Part shown: in pieces, positions 1 through 10,169 of the stretch
Layout of the letters: each line of letters opens with the position of its first letter
Numbering within the stretch: the stretch's first letter is position 1
NCBI GenBank assembly: GCA_965235115.1
Contig: OZ249436.1
Coordinates: forward strand, 48,486,001-48,550,000
Direction: 5' to 3'
Length of the DNA stretch: 64,000 bases
Source of the DNA: Laetmonice hystrix
Lineage: Eukaryota
Translations under genes and position numbers: made by a program
Notes under the pieces: generated by a model
Database searches by the model: none
Told to the model about the DNA's origin: nothing
Seen by the model: the letters and a program-made list of their open reading frames with translations, nothing else

Positions 1-121
1 CCAACGACGATGACCACCACAGAAATGGTGGCAACCTCTATAGGCATCGCTCGTGTTGGTAGGTCTCGACAGAATCGGTTCGCCTCAGCTGTCTACCGCC
101 ACTCACCTCATCAACCTCGGG

Positions 122-231
122 GGACTTCAACACCCGGGTTTACACCCCCTTGTTTCGGCCCACCTCGGTATGATGTGACACATCGGTGGACCTCAACACC
201 CGGGTTTACACCCTCTTGTTTCGGCCCACCT
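122..231. repeat. Short tandem duplication, period 66 bp
   Basis: GGAC(T/C)TCAACACCCGGGTTTACACCC(C/T)CTTGTTTCGGCCCACCT occurs at 122 and 188. Confidence 0.85.
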
Positions 232-720
232 TGCGTCGCGAGGCGACATGTCGCTTTTTTATCAGCCGACTGAGAAGCGTACATTGACCACTCCTTGTCA
301 CGACTCATAGCGTTAGGTAGACTACCTGATAGAACACATTTCTCACCGAAGTTGAGTCCAATATTTGTAAGAAACCTAGGTTCTAACTGGACATAATAAA
401 TCATATATTTTTAATTATCTAAATTATTGAAAACGTAATGCATCAAAGTGTTCATGGGACTCGCCCGTGTCCACTCAACCATGGCGCTTGATAATTGCAC
501 TCATAATTCGCTCACGGGGAAACCCGCTTTTTCCCGGAATTTAGGGATAGAAATTGCGACGTTTCACAAAGCATTTAGGCCTAGCCTACCAATAATCTTC
601 GCCTTTTCTTCAATATTAGGGGCAAAAACATATACCCTGGCCCCCTATTTTCTATTGGGGAGCCATCCCAACCCCCACCCCATCCCATTTCTATCCCACT
701 GCAAAGTCTGACAATACGGG

Positions 721-732
721 CTCTCTTCACAG
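721..732 (+). other. Probable 3' splice acceptor opening the TLR coding exon
   Basis: CTCTCTTCACAG, a polypyrimidine tract plus CAG, 42 nt before the ATG. It implies an upstream non-coding exon. Confidence 0.55.
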
Positions 733-774
733 GCAGATGTTAACCGAGTTTAATCCGAGCTGGCGAGTCGTTGA

Positions 775-3147
775 ATGAGCACGTGCATCATGTCGAAGTT
801 ATTAGCCCTTGTGGTGGCGATTCTGATGGCTGCTGACAATCACAAGATACCGCGTGGCTGTGCTTGGACTGCTGACGCTGCTACCATCGAGACGTACCAG
901 CCGGATGTGTCTGCCAACGTGCCGTGCCTGGACTACTGCGCATGTCAGGAACCAGTGTCCCCAACCGGTCAACTGGTCATCCGGGACTGTACCAAGGACC
1001 CCGCCCGGGACCTTGACGCGTACATACTAAGCCACAAAAACATATCGTCCCTGGAGATATCAAACTCGCACCTCTCCGTCCTTCCCGCTACGGTGTGCAA
1101 CCTGACAAGTCTGACTGTTCTGGACGTAGGGAGAAACGCCCTAACTGACCTGCCATGGGGCTGCTTGTGGCAGTTGGACTCGCTGAGTACGATCAAGGTA
1201 TCAAGTAATAACTTCTCGGTTCTACGGAATGGCGTCTTTTATGGTTTTAAAAAGCTTTCCACTCTTGACCTCAGCCAGAATCATATCAGAGAAGTCGAAG
1301 AGGACGTGTTCAGCAATGTCCAAAAGCTACCTAGTTTGACATCGGTTGACCTTTCCGGGAACCAATTACGTAGCCTGGACCCTTGGTTTTTGATGTTCCA
1401 GGGCCGTTTAATGAGTTGGAGGATCGACAACAACAACATATGGATGTTCACTAATCGACCAGGCTTTGTTTTCAATTGTAGCATGAAACCACCAAGAGGA
1501 GAACTATCACTCGAAAGGAACAACATTACACATTTCGTTGACATGACAAATGCTTGGAATTTGACGGAGCTAGCCGTGTTTTGTATGATTTCTCACACCA
1601 AAATTTACTTCAGAAATAACCCGTTTATCTGTGATTGCAAAGACTTCAAGTTTTATCGTGTGATGAGCGTTATCTATTCATCCTATAGAGTAGATGAACT
1701 CCATTGCAACTCACCGGAGGGTTTGCATAGAAGGAAAATTGTGACAGTGCCTCTCTCAGAGTTTGTTTGTCATGTCAAGGAGGGCTGTCCACCGGGATGT
1801 GACTGTATCGACACTCCTGATTGGATGAACATGACCGCCAACTGTCCGTATGCTGGACTGTTGACTTTACCAGACACTCTCCCACGACGGCCAAAGCACA
1901 ATTACCGATACCATATGTTCCTTCAGCATAACAACCTGACATCTTTAGAACATCGATCGTACTCTAAATTTGTGCAAACATTGGATGTGAGTAATAATCA
2001 CATTAACAACGTGTCGGTGAAGGAGTTACAAGATTTTACAAACCTCCAACGATTGTACCTCAGTAAGAATCAACTCCAGCGTTTGTTTGTTGATGATTTT
2101 AATGTGACCCTCGGTTTGCCATCCATCACTGAAATGCGTTTCCGTGACAACCCTTGGAACTGCGATTGTCACTCCCTTGGCACCAAGCGCTGGTTCATCA
2201 AACATAAAGATGTCATCAGTGATTGGAAGGCCATCCTCTGCACGTACCCAGGCCGACTGAATGGAACCAATCTGCTCACATTAGCAGACGACCAATTCAT
2301 CTGCGGTACCCCGCCTAACAAACAAATACGGAACATTGCAATCTCAGTCGTTGGGACATTAGCAGCCGGCGCTGCTCTCTTTATCTTACCTGTAATCATC
2401 TTTTACTTGAAGAAAGTCTGGATATATAATACTTTCAAGTGGCATCCTCTCGATTGGGACGAGTGTCAGGGAGAAGATAAAAAGTATGATGTTTTTGTTT
2501 CCTATTCAAGTGACGATGGGCTGTACGTGGAGGGATACCTAATTCCCAGACTCCGGTTTCTTGGGTTCAGGGTGTGCTTCCATAGACAACACTTTATCCC
2601 AGGTACCCCAATAATCGCAAATATTGAACAGGCTGTGTATAAAAGTAAACGAACTTTGGTTTTTCTATCCAATTCATATTACGTCAGCGAGTACTGCATT
2701 TGGGAATTCAACCTGGCGTTGAATCAAGATCTGGCGAAGAACACGCACCGCCTGGTGGTGGTGAAGGACACTAAGCTTGAGGAGGAGGCGTTAGATGATA
2801 GCATGCGGCGCTATCTCCGGCGTGTCACCTACCTTGAGCGGGAGTCTAAGGTTTTCTGGGACAACCTCCTCTACAGCCTGCCTGTCAACAAACTGGGCAC
2901 CCCGGGCCAGGACGACCACGATTACAACGTCATTGACGACCCACTCCTTCTAGACGTCGACGACGTAGATATCGGCCTACCGGCCGCACGGAGCGGCCGT
3001 CGTCAAGATGCACGTGGTGATGACTCGGGAGATGACCCCCTGCAAGGACAGTTCCCTCATGGCCCAGCAGGTGGCGCCAGTGATGACGGAACTTTCGCTG
3101 GAGATGATGGCGATGATAATGATGACACCGAACTACTACCGGTATGA
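775..3147 (+). CDS. Toll-like receptor, multiple-cysteine-cluster (protostome-type), 790 aa, intronless CDS
   Basis: Domain order: hydrophobic signal peptide (start may be Met6 at 790), Cys cap (CLDYCAC), LxxLxLxxNxL repeats, LRRCT (NPFICDC), second LRRNT (CPPGCDC), about 3 LRRs, second LRRCT (NPWNCDC), TM segment (~2335-2409). The TIR domain starts at 2485 with box1 YDVFVSYS, BB loop HFIPG, YCIWEF and FWDNL. An acidic tail follows. Confidence 0.97.
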   Translation: MSTCIMSKLLALVVAILMAADNHKIPRGCAWTADAATIETYQPDVSANVPCLDYCACQEPVSPTGQLVIRDCTKDPARDLDAYILSHKNISSLEISNSHLSVLPATVCNLTSLTVLDVGRNALTDLPWGCLWQLDSLSTIKVSSNNFSVLRNGVFYGFKKLSTLDLSQNHIREVEEDVFSNVQKLPSLTSVDLSGNQLRSLDPWFLMFQGRLMSWRIDNNNIWMFTNRPGFVFNCSMKPPRGELSLERNNITHFVDMTNAWNLTELAVFCMISHTKIYFRNNPFICDCKDFKFYRVMSVIYSSYRVDELHCNSPEGLHRRKIVTVPLSEFVCHVKEGCPPGCDCIDTPDWMNMTANCPYAGLLTLPDTLPRRPKHNYRYHMFLQHNNLTSLEHRSYSKFVQTLDVSNNHINNVSVKELQDFTNLQRLYLSKNQLQRLFVDDFNVTLGLPSITEMRFRDNPWNCDCHSLGTKRWFIKHKDVISDWKAILCTYPGRLNGTNLLTLADDQFICGTPPNKQIRNIAISVVGTLAAGAALFILPVIIFYLKKVWIYNTFKWHPLDWDECQGEDKKYDVFVSYSSDDGLYVEGYLIPRLRFLGFRVCFHRQHFIPGTPIIANIEQAVYKSKRTLVFLSNSYYVSEYCIWEFNLALNQDLAKNTHRLVVVKDTKLEEEALDDSMRRYLRRVTYLERESKVFWDNLLYSLPVNKLGTPGQDDHDYNVIDDPLLLDVDDVDIGLPAARSGRRQDARGDDSGDDPLQGQFPHGPAGGASDDGTFAGDDGDDNDDTELLPV

Positions 3148-3191
3148 GCAGAGTCCTCGATGTAAATATGGATAGACTCTATCAATACCGG

Positions 3192-3592
3192 AACCCTTCA
3201 AGTGTCAGTGGGTTAAACCTTTACAGAATATCAACAGTTGTGTTTAACTCTTTCAACGAGTTCACTGTATTTTACACTTTAGGAGTAGAAAAAGAGTTAT
3301 TTAAACCCTTAAAAGGGTCAGTTTGATTGATCTTTGACTTTATACCCCGCGTGTAATATACCTGTGAGAGCCGGCTATAATGTGACCGTGAGCATAAATT
3401 GACAATAATATGAATCAGTACAGTCTTTGTGTCGATGACCAGAGCGGAATGTCAAACAGGGACCTAATTATGATGATTGTTATGTGATTTGTTAACATTG
3501 CTCATGGAAGCACCATCTTGGGGCAACAGAACATAATATTAAACCTACAGGAAAGGTTCAAACTATCAATATACATTGTAGATTTAAGGGTG
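3192..3592. mobile_element. Decayed EnSpm/CACTA-like non-autonomous element in the TLR 3' UTR
   Basis: 3331-3550 aligns by eye with the interior of the CACTC-ended element at 47404-47610 (shared TCTTTG..TATACCCC, CCGTG.GCATAAATT, TACAGTCTTTGTG, CCTAATTA, ACATTGCTCATG, AGAACATAAT). Degenerate ends: AACCCTTCAA at 3192 and TTTAAGGGTG ending at 3592. Confidence 0.55.
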
Positions 3593-3645
3593 TTCAGCAT
3601 GAACACACTTGTTCCTACCTACAATCCTGTGATGGTCTGATCTTT

Positions 3646-3651
3646 AATAAA
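3646..3651 (+). terminator. Candidate polyadenylation signal for the TLR
   Basis: AATAAA about 500 nt after the stop codon. Confidence 0.4.
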
Positions 3652-4500
3652 GAAATAATCAACTGAAATATAGCTAGACATTCTCCCCCTGGCTTCGTCT
3701 GCTTGTCTGCCCTACATGTCCACGAATTGTGACAGGCGGAACGAACCACGCAGATTCCCGGCCAGAGGGCCGCTATTCAAGTACCGCCGCGATTCCACTT
3801 TTACCAGAAACATGCCCATGATGGCGACAGATTCATTGACGATTTCAGAGAGGGTTACAAACGATAGCCGCACACAAACTGTATTTGTTAACATGCCCCA
3901 ATAAGGGTGTGAAGAGAGAGAAAAAGTGTCTGCTGTCACCGGTAAGACGAGTACACAGTCAGTAGTGCAGTCGTAGTGAGTGAGTGTCCGATAAAGCCAG
4001 TGACGGCGTAACGCGTGTGAAAATAGCGCATGACCCATACGGTATTTTTAAAAGTCGCATTAGACAGTGTTCCACTTATCGGCGCGACCTTAGACACTTC
4101 ACATGGTGTTACTGGTGTTCAAAGGTACGTTAGTGAGGAACTTCGCCTGCCTCTTTAACTCCTTGGTAAAGACAGTCGACGTTTTCAAATGCAAATGCCT
4201 CTTCGGCTGCAGACGTTTGAACTAATACGAATGGGCCTGTCTGAAACCATCAGGCCATACGGTTCCCACCAAGACTAGATCTCAACTAATTAAGTAGCAA
4301 TTTGGTTTAATTGGCCAACGTATGACCCTTTTCGGGTGAAAGTGGCCCCTTAAACGCGCCTCATGAGTTGCAAACGGGAGTGAGACTGCTTGGTAGAGGG
4401 CTTTGATACTGCACAACCCTTCCGTTAGTTCTTGGAACTGACACTAGGTTACCGCATGTCCATAACACCAGAGGGCGTCTTCGCATGGCATAGTGCATAA

Positions 4501-4778
4501 AGGGCCATTTACACATAAGCGATTTTCCAAGCGATGGTGCATCGCGCCGACATCGCTTGGCTCAAACGGTGTCGGTGCGACGTCGGTGTAGTGTAAATGC
4601 CCATCGCCTGACCGTCGCTTGGCTCAGGCGACGTCGGTTGGCCATCGTTTGGCCAAGCGACGGGCAACCGACGATATCATAGGCGCGTGGCCTATGCGAT
4701 GGCCAAACGATGGTCAGCATCGCATGTGATTATCGCCTAAGAGTATCGTCTGAGTATCGCTTATGTGTAAACGGCCCT
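4501..4778. mobile_element. PIF/Harbinger-type MITE
   Basis: 23-bp TIR AGGGCC(A/G)TTTACACATAAGCGAT with 1 mismatch, TAA duplicated on both sides (4498-4500, 4779-4781), internal CGAT/ATCG subrepeats. Confidence 0.85.
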
Positions 4779-4816
4779 TAATGCTGCCGCTAGAAGCTTA
4801 GTTCTTGAAACAGGCG

Positions 4817-5086
4817 CGGGGCCTCGGGTGGCCGAGTGGTCTAAGGTGTTGGCTCATGACACCTATGACCATTGCCTCACACCGCTGCGGTCTGGGTTCG
4901 ATTCCTGGCCTAGGCTGCATGTGTGAAAGGTTTGTCAGTCAATTCCTTCCCGAAGGTCGGTGGTTTCCCCCGGGCACTCCGGTTTCCTCCACCAAGAAAA
5001 ATTGACTTTCATCATCATCATCATCTTCACCGCCGTGATATGACCCTGGTTGTTGCAAGGCGTAAAACCAGAAATACCCACCCACC
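4817..5086 (+). mobile_element. Full-length tRNA-derived SINE with V-domain-like core
   Basis: Pol III A box (GGTGGCCGAGTGGTCTAAGG), B box (GGTTCGATTCC), core GGTTTCCCCCGGGCACTCCGGTTTCCTCCACC, (ACCC)n tail, perfect 13-bp TSD CTTGAAACAGGCG (4804-4816, 5087-5099). Confidence 0.92.
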
Positions 5087-5793
5087 CTTGAAACAGGCGT
5101 GAGGTAACGTACCTTCTTCACACCAGAGGGCGGTTACATAGGTTTCAGATCATTTCCTGGAGCAAAATTTCGTACACTTGTTCTTGAAAGAAAGAAAGAA
5201 GAAAGAAAGAAAGAAGCAAGCCTTTTTCTAACCCGAAAGGTTAAAATTAAAGCAAGTAATAGTTATTGACCGAGACACGTAGCCGGGATTTCTTTAGATT
5301 TGTTTTGTTTCTTGCTCATGATAGAAGTCCCAGCCCTTCGCGATAACCGATGCTGGCCTTGCTACAATTACGGGTCTGGGAGCATGCTTCGAAAAGTGCC
5401 GACAAAGCCTTCTACTATAGCAGGCCTAGGCCTATATGTCTATCATATCCTCTATAAAGTAGACCTATAAGTTATAACTAGAATGTTGGAGGGCTTTGAA
5501 GACTGTTTCGTCCGAAGCAATCGACACATTGCTGTCTACGTCACTGAAAGCAGGGGATTGAGGACCATTTTTAACCAATGGGTCCGTCTCAAAAACATAG
5601 ATCGCCACCAAATTCGCCATGGGGACATGGGGACAGGCCCTTGCCCTGGCCTGCCATGACGAGTCGGGATATTAGGGTCCCAGCTTCTCGGTGCTTATAT
5701 TAGTGGTACTAGGTGCATATAATCCCTGCTCCGAGACCGACCAAATGTCTTTTGAAACAGAGAAACCCACTTCAAACTATCAGTTTGGTTTAA

Positions 5794-5969
5794 AGGGAGG
5801 GTAAAGACACACGGCAAATAAGGTTTCGTAGACCAAATGGAACACCAGCATTTGCCCCAGGGCAATAAATGTCACAATGACGTTGTCTGAATGAAGTAAT
5901 TAACGTGTAACTGCCCGATGTGTGACGCCGCTACGAAATCTTATTTGCCGTGTGTGTGTTTCCATCCCT
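5794..5969. mobile_element. TTAA-targeting MITE with AG...CT ends (Kolobok-like)
   Basis: TTAA on both flanks. Imperfect TIR containing ACACACGGCAAATAAG.TTTCGTAG / CTACGAAATCTTATTTGCCGTGTGT. Confidence 0.75.
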
Positions 5970-7179
5970 TTAAATCCAGGACAAACTGTAATATAACAGT
6001 CATGACGTAGACCTACACCTCAGGCCAATGACCGTGACGTAAAATGACTCCCAGATGGTCGCCTACCCCCACCACTGTAACATGCCATAACATAATATCC
6101 CATCCCACACACGAAGCCTCTTGATGTAACATCGGTCTAATTCTCGAATTTCCACCTCATTAGGTTCATTGTCGTCCCAGGTTCTCGGTGTATGCTAACA
6201 CATCGTGTGCGTAACGTTTGTCCCGTTCATTCACTGGGGAAGGATCTAGAACTTGCCGCCAGATAGGACCACCACAAACTCTGGTTATAGGCCTAGGCCC
6301 AGATATCCGTCCCTGTGCTTGATTTGTGAAGGGGGGGGGGCAAAGGTAGCTTAAAGGAAATATGTCACGTGGGGTATCGACCGAAATCTTCAGTTTTTCT
6401 GCTTACCTGCTCACCGCTGACGTACTTTAAGGCACTGATTGTTTTTCATATTGATTCTGTTAACACATACTACGAGTAGACAGCTGTGAAATTTTCCCTA
6501 ATGTAGAAAAATGAATAACACTGTCTAGCTGCAGTGTCAGCAAAGTGCGATAAATCCGCCATTTTGTCCCCCTTTGGCTGCCGCGAATCGTTTGAACGGG
6601 TCCCATGATCACGTGACTCTCGCTGTGATTACTCGAGATGTAAACACGCGCTATAATGGCCCATCCGCCGATCGTGCGAAAAGGGTGAAAAACACATGTA
6701 TGTAAAATGTTTATATCTTGACATTCCGCAGGTCCAGCTTCCCTCGCCCTATGTCATCAGTAAATTGGGAGACATTGCAAGAGCCGGGCTTTACTCTCCC
6801 GCCATTTTACTGAGGAGACTTCTCCAAATAAAATAAGTCAATCCCCACCAACTGTTATATGTCGCCACTGCTGATAATTCAAAATACCGGTGTGTGTTGC
6901 TCTTGAATTATATAGGCTTTGCCAACCATTTCCGGCTCAGTTCTACCCACTAGGATTACTTTAAAAACCCACTAGGTATACTTTAAAAAAAGAAGTAAGT
7001 GGCCACTTGTCGACCGGCATAGAGATCACCAAGTATACAAGCTATTCCTCAAAGGACTGGTCTCAAAATAGATTTAGAAGTATTATGTCTGCCAGTAGCA
7101 CGGGCCTGTACAGTTGTGATCAGAGTAAAGAGGGAATGATGGCGTCTGAAGTAGTTAGGGTCAGTTAACAGGGATACTC

Positions 7180-7421
7180 CTTGCTATATGAATTTAATTT
7201 AATGTTAGTTGAGGAGAAGGTGGAAGTATTTCGTAATTTTAGGATGTGATGTCCCATTCCAATTCATTATAAGGAAGTAAAAAAACATGGTTTTGCGTTC
7301 CATAATTTTTTAACGGCGTGTTGTATGCAATCGATGCAAGGTGCGAATTTTGAAAATTTGACAAATTTGTCAAATACTTATTGGGCCTACGATCAAACAG
7401 GAACGTTGATTCAGGTAACAT
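7180..7421 (-). pseudogene. Possible decayed CR1-group LINE ORF2 C-terminal fragment
   Basis: Minus-strand peptides ...FLLPYNELEWDI and, frameshifted, LRNTSTFSSTNIKL resemble the CR1 F.P....EWN.L...IRN.SSLSSFK motif. Heavily degenerate. Confidence 0.3.
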
Positions 7422-7694
7422 AGGTTTGTAAGCCTTTCAAATGTCATTGATGTCAGCCATTGCACCTGTTTGCAGTGAAAGCAGGGTATAGAATCGACTG
7501 GGGGCGACCTTGGTTACCGTATTCTGACATTGTTTGTGCCAATAGAAGGAGGTATTATGGCTGCGTATCGATATACCACTATCTCCCTCGGCTGATTGCG
7601 ACACTGACACGAGGTCCGTGGCAGTAATCGGACAATCAGCGTTCAGCGTTCAGCGCATGCGTGGAACTGTATCACTCCGCGGCCCCCGGGGTGG

Positions 7695-8082
7695 AAAGGC
7701 TGTGACGCCTGCATGGTTTTATGGACGGCTATACGTCGAATTGCCCTCAGTGATTTGTAAAGGCTGTGACGTCCGCATAGTTTTATGGACGGCTATACTT
7801 CGAATTGCCCTCAGTGATTTGAAAAGGCTGTGACGTCTGCATGGTTTTATGGACGGCTATACGTCGAATTGCCCTCAGTGATTTGAAAAGGCTGTGACGT
7901 CTGCATGGTTTTATGGACGGCTATACGTCGAATTGCCCTCAGTGATTTGAAAAGGCTGTGACGTCTGCATGGTTTTATGGACGGCTATACGTCGAATTGC
8001 CCTCAGTGATTTGAAAAGGCTGTGACGTCTGCATGGTTTTATGGACGGCTATACGTCGAATTGCCCTCAGTGATTTGAAAGG
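7695..8082. repeat. Minisatellite, 64-bp unit x 6
   Basis: Unit AAAGGCTGTGACGTCTGCATGGTTTTATGGACGGCTATACGTCGAATTGCCCTCAGTGATTTGA starts at 7695, 7759, 7823 and onward. Confidence 0.95.
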
Positions 8083-9271
8083 TAAGGGAGAGAATTTTTG
8101 CCGGTAGGAATTATTCGTGAATGATGCTATACGGATGTTGAATGAAGAATGCTCAAGGCGAAATGATACTATAAAGGAATAGGAGGAGGCAAGCTGGGTG
8201 TAGATCTCCTCGGGTGGAATTTTTACAAATCCCATTTTGGAGGGTGGTGTTACAAACTTAGAAAAAAACATGGGCTTGGCGACCTTTATACTTCGTAGAA
8301 GGAGAGGGTAAGGTGTGAGGGTAAGGTGGGGTTGGGGGTTGGGTAATGTCCACTTACTATATACCATGATCTAAGTGCATGCAGTGAGAAGTTTCCTGTC
8401 TCCTATAAACGCGCCTATTATAAGGAGTATAATGATTTCCTGATTAGCAGCATGTTAGCTGTGAGATCTGTTCAACCAGAAAGTAGTGGTGGATCGGGGG
8501 GGGGGGGAGGCTCGAACCCCCCCCCCCCCCTTGGCAACCAATTTTTCTATTTCTCCTTATAGAAAATTCTGAATTGACCATGCTGACCCTCCGTTAGTAA
8601 ATTATATTTTTAACCCACCCCCTTCACCAAAATCCTGGAGCCGCCGGGGGGGGGGGGGGTTCCAGTCACCACTTGATAAGCTGTCATTACAGAGTCACCT
8701 ATCTTAATTGATTTAACTCGCACATCTTAAAATGAAGTGAACATGCAGAAGGTGAATTTCTTTGATAGAGAAATAGGTTTTTTCTTTTAGCAATGGAGAC
8801 ATTCTAGACCTTTTTCTAAAAACCGTGTGTTTACAAACTATTTAAAAATGTTAAATCTCGCCCCCTTTGATCGCCTTCTTTGCCGCGCGGCGGGGGTGGG
8901 AAGTTATGGCATTTCGCTTTCACAGATCCGGTACGATACAGTCTGCGCTGTTACAACGTCAGGCAAATAAAATATTGAATGAGGAGGTAGGGTTAGGTCG
9001 ACATCCACATTCTGACTCAAGGGTAACGGTCGGGTAAAACTCTACCTGTCATCAGTATAAAGGCAGCGCTCATAACTTGCCGTGTCGTCGGTGGCTTGTC
9101 ACATCCGGAACAAAAGACAGACATTGCTCTAGGCAATGTTTTATGTAGTTTCTATATGTTTGATGTAGTTTCTATATGTTAACGTTGCAAGATTTTTGTG
9201 TGAGTCCGGTTTCACTTTCATGTAATATACGGTGTGTATCCATATCGGTAATTATTCATTCATTTATTTAT

Positions 9272-9366
9272 TTAAAGGCAGGGTAACTCAGCGTCACACA
9301 TCGGGCAGTTACACGTTAATTACTTCATTCAGACAACGTAATTGTGTCATTTATTGCCCTGAGGGC
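9272..9366 (-). mobile_element. Partial inverted copy of the 5794-5969 MITE
   Basis: GCGTCACACATCGGGCAGTTACACGTTAATTACTTCATTCAGACAACG is the reverse complement of 5881-5928, and is preceded by TTAAAGG. Confidence 0.8.
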
Positions 9367-9464
9367 CATATCACCGTATTTAGTTAATGATTTTCGGACA
9401 ATCCTGTGACGCCTTCGTTCTTCTGGGGGTGTCACCACCTACCTCCGGTCGAAGTGGGGCGGGG

Positions 9465-10169
9465 CACTTCCACTATTCTGCATCCATGACGGGGCCACTG
9501 TTTAGACAAGGAGGGGGGTTCACTTCCATTATTCTGTACCCATGACGGGGCTACTGTTTAGACAAGAAGGGGGGGGGGCACTATTCTGCATCCATGACGA
9601 GGCCACTGTTTAGACAAGGAGGGGGGTTCACTTGCAATATTCTGTACCCATGACGGGGCCACTGTTTAGACAAGGAGGGGGGTTCACTTCCAATATTCTG
9701 CATCCATGACGGGGCCACTGTTTAGACAAGGAGGGGGTTCACTTCCATTATTCTGCATCCATGACGGGGCTACTGTTTAGACAAGGAGGGGGGGGGTCAC
9801 TTCCATTATTCTGCATCCATGACGGGGCCACTGTTTAGACAAGGAGGGGGGTTCACTTCCATTATTCTGCATCCAAGACGGGGCCACTGTTTAGACAAGG
9901 AGGGGGGGGGGTTCACTTCCATTATTCTGCATCCATGACGGGGCCACTGTTTAGACAAGGAGGGGGGTTCACTTCCATTATTCTGCATCCATGACGGGGC
10001 CACTGTTTAGACAAGGAGGGGGGGGGGTCACTTCCATTATTCTGCATCCATGACGGGGCCACTGTTTAAACAAGGAGGGGGTTCACTTCCAATATTCTGC
10101 ATCCATGACGGGGCCACTGTTTAGACAAGGAGGGGGGTTCACTTCCAATATTCTGTACCCATGACGGGG
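9465..10169. repeat. Minisatellite, ~56-bp unit x ~12 with a variable poly-G tract
   Basis: Unit CACTTCCATTATTCTGCATCCATGACGGGGCCACTGTTTAGACAAGGAG(G)nTT. Confidence 0.95.

Noticed and set aside
4817..4910. tRNA gene
   Set aside because: A and B boxes are present, but the sequence continues into a SINE core and tail bounded by a TSD. It is a tRNA-derived SINE head.
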